Source: Elusimicrobia bacterium GWA2_66_18 (lineage in GTDB: Bacteria; Elusimicrobiota; Elusimicrobia; UBA1565; UBA9628). From it: a stretch of DNA of 64,000 nucleotides. Shown in pieces: positions 24,001-31,438 of the stretch. How positions within the stretch are numbered: position 1 is the stretch's first letter; every line of letters begins with the position of its first letter. Below the pieces are notes generated by a model that saw only the letters and a program-made list of their open reading frames with translations, made no database searches and was not told the origin of the DNA. The position numbers were made by a program, and so were the translations under genes. The stretch lies in the NCBI GenBank assembly GCA_001799675.1, contig MGTX01000006.1:44316-108315 (forward strand), in the 5' to 3' direction.

Positions 24001-27000
24001 AGGGCGGCGACCACGGCCTTGTTGTTGGAGACCCCGCCCTGGAACACGATCTTCCGTCCCACGGCTTTGCCGCCCTTGACCTTGTTGAGATAGTTCTTGG
24101 CGATGGAGTAGGCAAGCCCCGCCGAGATATCCTCGGGGGTGTAGCCCTCGGCCTGGGCCTGGACGATGCGGGACTTCATGAAGACGGTGCAGACCTCGCC
24201 CAAGTCCGCGGGCGACATGGCCCGCAGGGCGGAATCGCCGAGTTCCTCCACCATGACGCCGAGGACCCGGTCGGCGGCCTCGTCGAAGAAGGAGCCCGTG
24301 CCCGCGGCGCAGGCCTTGTTCATCTCGAAATCCTCGATCATGCCTTTCATCACGCGCATGAATTTCGAGTCCTGCCCCCCGATCTCGATGATGGTGTCGG
24401 CGTCCGGATGCAGCCGCCCCACGGCCGTGGCGTGGGCGTTGATCTCGTCGACGACCGCGTCGGCCCCGACCATGGCGCCCATGGCCTCGCGTCCGGAGCC
24501 GGTGACCCCGACGTGGAGGATGCGGATGCGGGAGCCCAGCTTGTCGCGGATATCGTGGATGCCCCTTTCCATGACCGCGAAGGGCTGGCCCTCGGTCCTG
24601 ACGTAATCCTTATGAAGGACCGCCTCGGTCTTGGCGTCGATGAGCACGAACTTGGTCGTGGTGGAGCCGACGTCGAGGCCGAGGAATACGTCACGGACCT
24701 CGCCCTCCTTGAACTGATACGGCGTCCAGGTCTTCTCGAGCCGCCGCGGGTCGCGCAGCCGCAACTGGGGCAGGGCGCTGGTGACCGTGCGGTTGGCGAC
24801 GAAGTCCTTGAGCTTGGCGAGCCCCTCGACGAGGGCACTGCGGTCGAGCATGCGTCCCTCGGCCAGATTCCGGGCCGCGAACATGGCCGCCCCCTGCGCG
24901 ATGCGTATCTCCGGGAAGTCGGGCACGATGAGCCGGGCGGGGTCTATGCCCTTCTTCTGCAGGAGCCTCTTGAAAGCCTCCACCAGGACGCGGTTCTTGG
25001 AGGTCCCGCCCTGGAAGATGATGATGCCGTCGCCGGCCATTCCCCTCTTGACTTCGCCCACCAGATTCATGAGGTAGGTGAGAACGATGGTGTTGTGCAC
25101 CCCCCAGGCAACGAGCTCCTTGGGCAGGTTCTCATGGCGCAGCAGATGGGTGATATCGGTCTTTGCGAAAACCGTGCAGCGGCCCGCGATCTCGGGCGGC
25201 ATCTTGTCCACGGCGGTCCACGCCCCGTCGATCATCGCCAGGAGCTTGTCGAAGCCCAGGCGGGCCACCTGCTCCTCGAGGAAGGTGCCCGTCCCGGCCG
25301 CGCACTCGCCGTTGAGGGCCGTCTTCTTGAGCTTGCCGTCGGCGCCGAGGTGGATGTACTTGGAATCCTCGCCGCCGATTTCGAAGATGTGCGTGTCCTT
25401 ATTGAGATGGCCGTACTGCTCCAAGATGGGGGCGGTCTGGGAGATGACCTCGTTGGTGTAGCGGATGTTGACCTGCCCTTTCTTGCCCTCTGCGCCGTAG
25501 CGCCCTTCGAGCGCCAGGTCGATGTAGCCGGCCAGCTTCTCGGAGACCTTCTGTCCGGCCGATCCGGAAAAGCCGATATTGACGACCTCCTGGTCCTTGA
25601 AGCGCTCCAGGACGGACTCAAGGAGCAGCGCCGACATCTCGTAGACGCGGGCGTGGTGCTTCTGGTAGGTGCCGTGGACGATGTTTCCGGCTTCGTCGAG
25701 GACGAGGGTCTTGGCGGTCGTCGATCCGCACTCCACGGCGATGCGCACCGTGGCGCCCTTGGGAAGGGTGACGGGGTCGCCGAAGCCGGCGAGGCCCTCC
25801 ACCCGGCCGCCCAGCTCGATGACCGGGGCGGCGCGCTTACGCTCCGCCGGCGGGTCGCTCACCGGGGGGGCCGCCGCCGGCGGCGCGGGCTGGGGCTTCT
25901 CCGAGATGAGGGAGGCCGTCGGTTTAATCGGGATGGACGCCGCGGGCGCCGCCGCCGCCCCGTCCGCAAGCAGCCTGCGGCGGCGTCGCGCCAGAAGCTC
26001 CAGGAAGAGGACGGCGCCGAGAGCGCAGAGCACGGCGACGATGAGCGGAAGACCGCGTTCGACGGGGAGCTTTGCCATCGGGACGCTCACCGCCGCGCCG
26101 AGAGCGCCGGCGGCCGCCGGAACGGCCGAGAGGGAGGGGCCGAACGTCCTCTTCTCGTTGACGGCGTCCCTCAGGGATGCCGCGAGGCGCGTGACGCGCG
26201 TATAGAAGGACGGCAGTCCCCTGGTGATGGAGGCCGCGTTAAAGGCGGCCCGGAGTTGAAGGCCTAGGCGGCTCAGAAGGCCGCCGGCCCAGACCGCGGG
26301 CTTGCCGCTTGCGGCCCGCCGGCTCGCGGCCGCCGGATCGATCACGGCGTGAGACGCCTCAGAGACGGACTTCTCCTGGGTGGCGCGCGGGTCCCAGGCC
26401 GTCTGCAGGCTCGAGGCGAGGATCCCGGACGCATCGGCCGGCGACACTCCGGCATCGACGATATTGTCCTCGTGCGTGACGCCGGACAAGACGTCCGCCC
26501 GTTCGATGGGTTTATTGAGGGCGGAGGCCGTCAGCGTCAGGGAGGAGGCGACCTTCCCCTGCCGCGCCTTGCGCGCCGCCACGGCGGCCTTCTCCAAATT
26601 CGGCAGGACCCGCCGCAGGCGCTCGGCGTTCCTCGACGAGAGGAAGACGGCCTTCTCCGACAGGACGTCCCGGGCCCAAGTCAGGGTCCGTTCCAGGTCG
26701 CCGTCGGCCAGGCTTCCAGACTCGAACCGGGCGACGATTCCGTCCACGAAGGCGTTGGACTCGCGCTCCTCGACGCGGGCGGCTTGCGCGAGCATTTCGA
26801 CGCGGCGCTCCTGCCTCGCGCTCAAAAAGGCTTCCGGGCTGAGGGTGGGATGAACGGTCCCGATCCTGAGCGCGAGGCGGCGGATCGCGAAAGGGCGCGC
26901 CGTCAAACCGTCCGGGGAGGCCAGGAGGCTGAGGGAGCCGAGTTTGAGGCCGGAGAGCGCGTCCGGCCCCATTTGCGCGATGGCGGCGGAAATGGCGCCG

Positions 27001-27140
27001 TTCCAGGCCGCCTGGCCGGCCTCCGCGGAGGCCGCCCCGCGCGGACCGGCGAAGCCGCCGCACCTCCCCGCGCAGGGAGCAAGGAGGGCCGCGCTCAGCA
27101 ACGCGGCCGAGAGACATCGTGTCATGGTGCTGGGTATCAT
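21045..27140 (-). CDS. giant (2031 aa) membrane-anchored protein: N-terminal signal peptide + ~360-aa unknown region + TM helix, then two BadF/BadG/BcrA/BcrD (HgdC-type) activase ATPase domains and a large C-terminal hydroxyacyl-CoA-dehydratase-like / DUF2229-like region
   Basis: ATPase 1: VRIAVECGSTTAKTLVLD...IFEIGGEDSKYIHL...NGECAAGTG; ATPase 2: VFLGLDVGSTTTKFVLID...IIEIGGQDSKFMRV...NKACAAGTG; Cys-rich linker CAACANQC...NCDLHD; TM helix LPLIVAVLCALGAVLFLELLARRRRR at aa ~364-385. Confidence 0.75.
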   Translation of the reverse strand: MIPSTMTRCLSAALLSAALLAPCAGRCGGFAGPRGAASAEAGQAAWNGAISAAIAQMGPDALSGLKLGSLSLLASPDGLTARPFAIRRLALRIGTVHPTLSPEAFLSARQERRVEMLAQAARVEERESNAFVDGIVARFESGSLADGDLERTLTWARDVLSEKAVFLSSRNAERLRRVLPNLEKAAVAARKARQGKVASSLTLTASALNKPIERADVLSGVTHEDNIVDAGVSPADASGILASSLQTAWDPRATQEKSVSEASHAVIDPAAASRRAASGKPAVWAGGLLSRLGLQLRAAFNAASITRGLPSFYTRVTRLAASLRDAVNEKRTFGPSLSAVPAAAGALGAAVSVPMAKLPVERGLPLIVAVLCALGAVLFLELLARRRRRLLADGAAAAPAASIPIKPTASLISEKPQPAPPAAAPPVSDPPAERKRAAPVIELGGRVEGLAGFGDPVTLPKGATVRIAVECGSTTAKTLVLDEAGNIVHGTYQKHHARVYEMSALLLESVLERFKDQEVVNIGFSGSAGQKVSEKLAGYIDLALEGRYGAEGKKGQVNIRYTNEVISQTAPILEQYGHLNKDTHIFEIGGEDSKYIHLGADGKLKKTALNGECAAGTGTFLEEQVARLGFDKLLAMIDGAWTAVDKMPPEIAGRCTVFAKTDITHLLRHENLPKELVAWGVHNTIVLTYLMNLVGEVKRGMAGDGIIIFQGGTSKNRVLVEAFKRLLQKKGIDPARLIVPDFPEIRIAQGAAMFAARNLAEGRMLDRSALVEGLAKLKDFVANRTVTSALPQLRLRDPRRLEKTWTPYQFKEGEVRDVFLGLDVGSTTTKFVLIDAKTEAVLHKDYVRTEGQPFAVMERGIHDIRDKLGSRIRILHVGVTGSGREAMGAMVGADAVVDEINAHATAVGRLHPDADTIIEIGGQDSKFMRVMKGMIEDFEMNKACAAGTGSFFDEAADRVLGVMVEELGDSALRAMSPADLGEVCTVFMKSRIVQAQAEGYTPEDISAGLAYSIAKNYLNKVKGGKAVGRKIVFQGGVSNNKAVVAALEALTGKPVEVPEHAEVMGAIGMALIAKTRYENKLADASLPEAAKLVATKFRGLSAGFIPTEVVKGKRCAACANQCQLMYLVTPEGKKLVYGPNCDLHDKSIPKELKRLSDNLPDLLHRRHELLTKDYLAGEAAPPSAKASLRERFTLWAKTLAAGGRPAPSAVPAAGIKTRDGRVIGFPAGLNFWENFPFWHAFFNAAGFEVVASRTSDKHILDLAKQHLNIDPCLPMKMLYGMVADLLQKEGVTDIFLPVLLELKPFNPASKHASPCPQVTGAPYALKGVFNPEEHGKRFLSPELDLSVPREEILEQFERFGAGIGLPRGEVRRAFDAAERAAEDFRKAQRAEGAKALSEMREQGQKGVVFLSRPYSSLDGGLNMGVPREVRKHGWQALPMDFLALEEGRRDPHMAADDTWYYQGKILQAAEIVADDPDLYPVYITPFRCGPDAYIIKKLEARCRAAGKPLLVLEIDEHTSAAGFKTRIDAYITSIKLANEAAQRTIEKAETAEAFAASGRPAPKPMEFLTLEELKGKKTFIPRMSDHIVVLAGALRAAGIDAEAFKPATDAALDEGRKYSNGKECLPYPVLMGEAIVGIREQIKAGTKPGDIAVMFYKSNGSCRFSQYTSALETSLREAGFPGLRVANLAGRSKSPAVPNHFVPSLRLTVNIWKSFLIGDYLHQLLLENRPYEIHTEDSARKKLEILAGGRQVLGDYMDQINASAPDYLRKVKLTELVYQKYLREAAEAMGNERKLLTTLERFVAEIRGVPQDRTQRKPLIGLVGEIYLRMNDYANGDIIRQLEAQGAEVFLAPFNEFVYNGLEFGSPLETMGWRDFFRFKGLKSLLGYFAGKGFLRLYDDKIYRVLRRGIQRKEFGRGRDVKNVIRHGVKHTGQFSSGEGPLTLGAMEEYALHGADGAIMIGPAGCLPNTIYEGLIQKMKNGLPPDKRDFPTLVVSMSESRNLKNVRTRTEALVYQAKEYMDPQSQAKGTR

Positions 27141-27268
27141 GGCAAGTAGGATACCCCGGGCCCCGGGCCTGAGGCTAGGGCCCTATTGCCCAAACCAGAC
27201 GGACCAATCAGCCCAATAAAACGTGGGTCCGATTCGAGGATTCCTTAGGACCACTCGCTCAGGGCGGC

Positions 27269-28171
27269 TTATGTGCGGTAGCCGAATTCCTCGAGCGACC
27301 TCTGGTCCTTGCGCCAGTCCTTGCGGACCTTGATCCAGAGCTCGAGGATCACGGGGCGGCCTAGGAAGTTTTCGAGCGCGGCCTGGGCGCGTTCGGTCAA
27401 ACTCCGCAGGTCCTTTCCGGACTTGCCGATGATGATGCCCTTCTGCCCGTCGCGTTCCACATAGAGCGTGGCGAAGACCTCGTCAGGCCGGCCCTTCTTC
27501 TGATGATGCTCGCGGAAGGTTTCCACGACCACGGCGGTCGCATGCGGGATCTCGTCGTGATAGAGCGCGAAGACCTGCTCGCGCACGATCTCGGCGGCGA
27601 AGAAGCGCTCCCAGCGGTCGGAGAGCCGGCCTTTCTCGTAGAAGGGAGGGTTCTCGGGCAGTCGCGCGAGGATCTCCGCCTTGAGCTCATCGACTCCCGC
27701 GCCCTTGAGCGCGGAGATGCGCAAGACTTGGTCGGGCTTGAGCGCGGCGGAGTAGGCCGCCTCGAGGGCCGCCACCCGAGCTTCCGACACGACCCGGTCG
27801 CACTTGTTGAGGGCGAGCAGGACCGGGACTCCCGAGCGCAGGGGGGAATGGATGACGTCGCCGGGATCGGCCTCGGCGACGTCGACGAGATAGACGACGA
27901 GGTCGGCATCTTCGCGGATGGCGCGGGAGGCCTCCACGCGCAGGGCCTTCTGGAGCGGGTCGGCGGGCTTCTCGATGAGCCCCGGCGTGTCGAGGAAGCA
28001 GGCCTGGAAGCCCGGGCCCTCGAGTATGCCGAGCACGCGGTGGCGCGTGGTCTGGGGCTTGTGCGAGACGATGGAAAGCTTGAACTTCAGGAGGCTGTTG
28101 AGCAACGTGGACTTGCCCACGTTGGGCAGCCCCGCCAACGCCACGAAGCCGGCCTTATGCGCGCTTTCCAT
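27269..28171 (-). CDS. era: GTPase Era
   Basis: [12 protein letters not shown] (G1), DTPG (G3), NKCD (G4), C-terminal KH domain (GKSGKDL...). Confidence 0.92.
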   Translation of the reverse strand: MESAHKAGFVALAGLPNVGKSTLLNSLLKFKLSIVSHKPQTTRHRVLGILEGPGFQACFLDTPGLIEKPADPLQKALRVEASRAIREDADLVVYLVDVAEADPGDVIHSPLRSGVPVLLALNKCDRVVSEARVAALEAAYSAALKPDQVLRISALKGAGVDELKAEILARLPENPPFYEKGRLSDRWERFFAAEIVREQVFALYHDEIPHATAVVVETFREHHQKKGRPDEVFATLYVERDGQKGIIIGKSGKDLRSLTERAQAALENFLGRPVILELWIKVRKDWRKDQRSLEEFGYRT

Positions 28172-28248
28172 GCGGCCATCCTAGCATTTCACCCGTCTGT
28201 CACCCGTCTTGCGCGGCCGGGAAGGGATATGTCAAAATCCTGCCGTCA

Positions 28249-28255
28249 GAGGAGG
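28249..28255 (+). promoter_or_regulatory. Shine-Dalgarno (GAGGAGG) for SPFH gene
   Basis: cagaggaggaacttccccATG, 9 nt spacing. Confidence 0.5.
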
Positions 28256-28264
28256 AACTTCCCC

Positions 28265-29005
28265 ATGCCCGGATTCCCGTTGCCGCTCGTCATCATCGGC
28301 GTCGTCGCCCTCATGTCCATCCGTCTGGTGACCGAGTACGACCGCTTAGTGCTCTTCGTGCTGGGAAAATTCTGGAAGATTTCCGGCCCGGGTCCGGTCC
28401 TAGTGGTGCCCGGCATCATGTCCGCGCAGAAGGTCAGCCTGCGCACCGTGGTCCTCGACGTGCCGCCCCAGGACGTCATCACGAAGGACAACATCTCCAT
28501 CAAGGTCAACGCCGTCCTCTACTTCCGCGTCGTCGACCCCCAGAAGGCCATCCTGATGGTCGAGAACTATATCTACGCCACCAGCCAGATCGCGCAGACG
28601 ACCCTGCGCTCGGTGCTGGGCAAGCTCGACATGGAGGACCTGCTCGCCAACCGCGACAAGATCAACGCGGAGCTCGCGATCATCCTCGACTCGCACACCG
28701 GCCCCTGGGGCATCAAGGTCGCCAACGTCGAGGTCAAGAACGTGGATCTGCCTCCGGAGATGATGCGCGCCATGGCCAAGCAGGCCGAGGCCGAGCGGGA
28801 GCGCCGCGCCAAGGTCATCCACGCCGAGGGCGAGCTCCAGGCCTCCGTGAAGCTCGGCGAGGCCGCCGAGATCCTGGGCCGCAACCCGGCGTCCATCCAA
28901 CTGCGCTACCTCCAGACCCTCACCGATATCGCCGCGGAGAAGAACAGCACCACCATCTTCCCCGTGCCCATCGATATGATCTCGATGTTCTTGAAGAAGA
29001 ACTGA
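28265..29005 (+). CDS. SPFH/band-7 (stomatin-like) membrane protein
   Basis: Internal start [19 protein letters not shown]... in ORF 27503..29005; conserved SPFH core ([18 protein letters not shown]...), Ala/Glu-rich coiled-coil tail. Confidence 0.8.
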   Translation: MPGFPLPLVIIGVVALMSIRLVTEYDRLVLFVLGKFWKISGPGPVLVVPGIMSAQKVSLRTVVLDVPPQDVITKDNISIKVNAVLYFRVVDPQKAILMVENYIYATSQIAQTTLRSVLGKLDMEDLLANRDKINAELAIILDSHTGPWGIKVANVEVKNVDLPPEMMRAMAKQAEAERERRAKVIHAEGELQASVKLGEAAEILGRNPASIQLRYLQTLTDIAAEKNSTTIFPVPIDMISMFLKKN

Positions 29006-29020
29006 GAAAATCCCAGGGAA

Positions 29021-30130
29021 TTGATAGGCCTCTACGTTCACATCCCGTTCTGCGCGGTGAAGTGCTTCTACTGCGATTTTGCCGCCTTTTCGGGGCAGAA
29101 TAAGCAGGTGGACCGCTATCTCGCCGCCCTCGCAAGTGAGGCCGCCCTCAGGGCCCCGCATGCGCCCGACACGCTCTATGTGGGCGGCGGCACGCCCTCC
29201 GAGCTCTCCGCCGGGCAAATCGACGACCTCTTCGCGCGCCTGCGCCGCGCCTATCCCGACGCGCGCCTCGTTGAGACGACCTTCGAGGCGAACCCCGAGA
29301 GCCTCGACGAGGAGAAGCTGGCGGTTCTCGCCCGTTCCGGCGTGACGCGGCTCTCCATCGGATTGCAGACGGCTGATGACGCCCTATTGAAGGCCATCGG
29401 GCGTCGTCATAAGGCCGCGGATTTCGCGCGCGTGCTGCGCGCCGCGCGAGCGGCCGGCATTCCCGCTCTGTGCGTGGACTTGATGTACGGTCTGCCCGGC
29501 CAGACGCTGGACGGCCTTGGTTCCACTCTCGACTCCGTCCTGTCTTTGGAGCCGGAGCATATATCCTTGTACGGCCTCCAGGTCGAGGATCGAACCATCT
29601 TCGCCAAGCGCGGCGTGGAGGAAGATCAAGATATGGGCCGGGAGATGTATCAACTCGCCATCGCGGCGCTCTCCCGCGCGGGCCTGGAGCACTACGAAAT
29701 CTCGAACTTCGCGCGTCGCGGGCGCCGCTCCCGGCACAATCTCAACTATTGGGACCGCGGCGAATATATGGGGCTGGGATGTTCGTCGGCCTCCTTCCTG
29801 GGCGGGGTGCGATCCTCCAACGAGGAGAAGATCGTCCCCTACATGACGGCCGTGGAAGCCGGCCGGCGTCCTACTGCCGAGACCGAGGCCCCCGCGGGCC
29901 TTGAGGCGCTGGGCGAAGAGGCTTTCCTCGGCCTGCGTCTGCTGGAAGGCTTCGTTCCTTCGAAGCAGACGAGGGAATCTTTCGCCGGTCCTTGGGCCGC
30001 GCTCAAGGCTCGGGGTCTCGCCCGCGAAGACGGCTCCCGCTGGCGCCTGACCGGCGAGGGCGTGTTCCTCGCCAACGAAGTCTTCAAAGAGTTTATTCCG
30101 CCGTTCCCTCGCCAGGAGGCGACTGCATGA
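29021..30130 (+). CDS. hemW: radical SAM heme chaperone HemW (HemN-like, oxygen-independent coproporphyrinogen-III oxidase family)
   Basis: MIGLYVHIPFCAVKCFYCDF (CxxxCxxC radical-SAM motif), 369 aa. Confidence 0.85.
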   Translation: MIGLYVHIPFCAVKCFYCDFAAFSGQNKQVDRYLAALASEAALRAPHAPDTLYVGGGTPSELSAGQIDDLFARLRRAYPDARLVETTFEANPESLDEEKLAVLARSGVTRLSIGLQTADDALLKAIGRRHKAADFARVLRAARAAGIPALCVDLMYGLPGQTLDGLGSTLDSVLSLEPEHISLYGLQVEDRTIFAKRGVEEDQDMGREMYQLAIAALSRAGLEHYEISNFARRGRRSRHNLNYWDRGEYMGLGCSSASFLGGVRSSNEEKIVPYMTAVEAGRRPTAETEAPAGLEALGEEAFLGLRLLEGFVPSKQTRESFAGPWAALKARGLAREDGSRWRLTGEGVFLANEVFKEFIPPFPRQEATA

Positions 30131-31434
30131 AGACCTTCGTCCTCGACACCAACGTGATCCTCCACGACCCCCTGTCCATGTTCGCCTTCCAGGGCTCGCG
30201 CGTGGTCCTGCCCTTGACGGTCATCGAGGAGCTCGACACCTTCAAGCGCAACAACGACGAGCGCGGACGCTCGGCCCGCCTGGTCGCGCGCAAGCTGGAC
30301 CAACTGCGCCAGAGCGAGGGCAAGCTCTCCGAGTGGGTCGACCTCGAGCACGGCGGCAAGCTGAAAGTCGAGATCCAGGTCTGCGACGGCCTGCCCAAGG
30401 CCTTCTCCGCGGTGAGCAAGGACAACGAGATACTGAGCTGCGCTCAGTATCTGAAGAAACAGGGCGAGAACGTGGTCTTCATCTCCAAGGACATCAACCT
30501 GCGCATCAAGGCCGAGGCCCTGGGCCTGGAGACGCAGGACTATGAGAAGGAGAAGGTGGACGTCGACGATCTCTACAAGGGTTGGCGCGAGGCCGCCGTC
30601 GCTTCCGAGGACATCGACCGCTTCTACAAGGACAAGCGCCTGGAAGCGCCGACGGCGGACCTGGTCCCCAATGAATTCGTCATCCTGAAGGCCGCCGACG
30701 CGCCCTCCAAGAGCGCGCTCGCGCGCTACGACGCGAAGAGCCTGTCTTTGGCGCCGCTCGTCAAGGCCGACTCCGCGCCCTGGGGGATCAAGCCGCTCAA
30801 CATGGAACAGCGCTTCGCCCTGGAGCTGCTCCTTAATAAGGACATCCAGTTGGTGACCCTGGTCGGACTCGCCGGCTCGGGCAAGACGATGCTGGCCCTG
30901 GCCGCGGCGCTCCAGCACACGCTGGAGGAGAAGGTCTATCGCCGCATCCTTATCGCGCGTCCCGTCATCGCGGTGGGCCACGATCTCGGCTTCCTGCCGG
31001 GCACGAAGGAGGAGAAACTCACCAACTGGATGGGGGCCATCTACGACAACCTGTCCTACCTGCTCGAGAAGCCCAAGGGCTCGCTCGAGACGGCGGATAT
31101 GGACATCCAGATGCTCATTGAGGAAGGCGCCATCGAGATCGAGGCCGTGACCTATCTGCGCGGCCGCTCCCTGCCGAACCTGCTCATCATCATCGACGAC
31201 GCCCAGAACCTGACCCCGCACGAGATCAAGACCATCATCTCGCGCGCGGGTCAGGGCGCCAAGATCGTGCTGACCGGCGACCCGCACCAGGTGGACAACT
31301 ACTATCTGGACGCGGCCTCCAACGGCCTGACGAACCTCGTCGAGCGCTTCAAGGGCCAGCAGCTCTTCGGGCATGTGACCTTCACCAAGAGCGAGCGCTC
31401 GGTCCTGGCCGCGCTGGCCTCGGACCTGCTGTAG
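30126..31434 (+). CDS. PIN-domain / PhoH-like ATPase fusion protein (PhoH2 / YlaK type)
   Basis: MKTFVLDTNVILHD (PIN) ... LVGLAGSGKTMLALAAA (Walker A) ... IIIDDAQNL (Walker B); ATG overlaps hemW stop. Confidence 0.85.
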
Positions 31435-31438
31435 GACC

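Noticed and set aside
21618-26267. 1549-aa plus-strand ORF antisense to the giant activase-like gene
   Set aside because: Gly/Arg/Asp/Glu-rich low-complexity translation with no recognisable motifs. The opposite strand carries unmistakable ATPase domain motifs. A long open antisense frame is expected at ~68% GC.
27141-27268. 128-bp spacer between era and the giant gene, including ccccgggccccggg, examined as a possible tRNA/ncRNA or intrinsic terminator
   Set aside because: No tRNA T-loop/acceptor pattern was found. The GC-rich repeat is not followed by a U-run on the transcribed strand. More likely it is a simple spacer or promoter.
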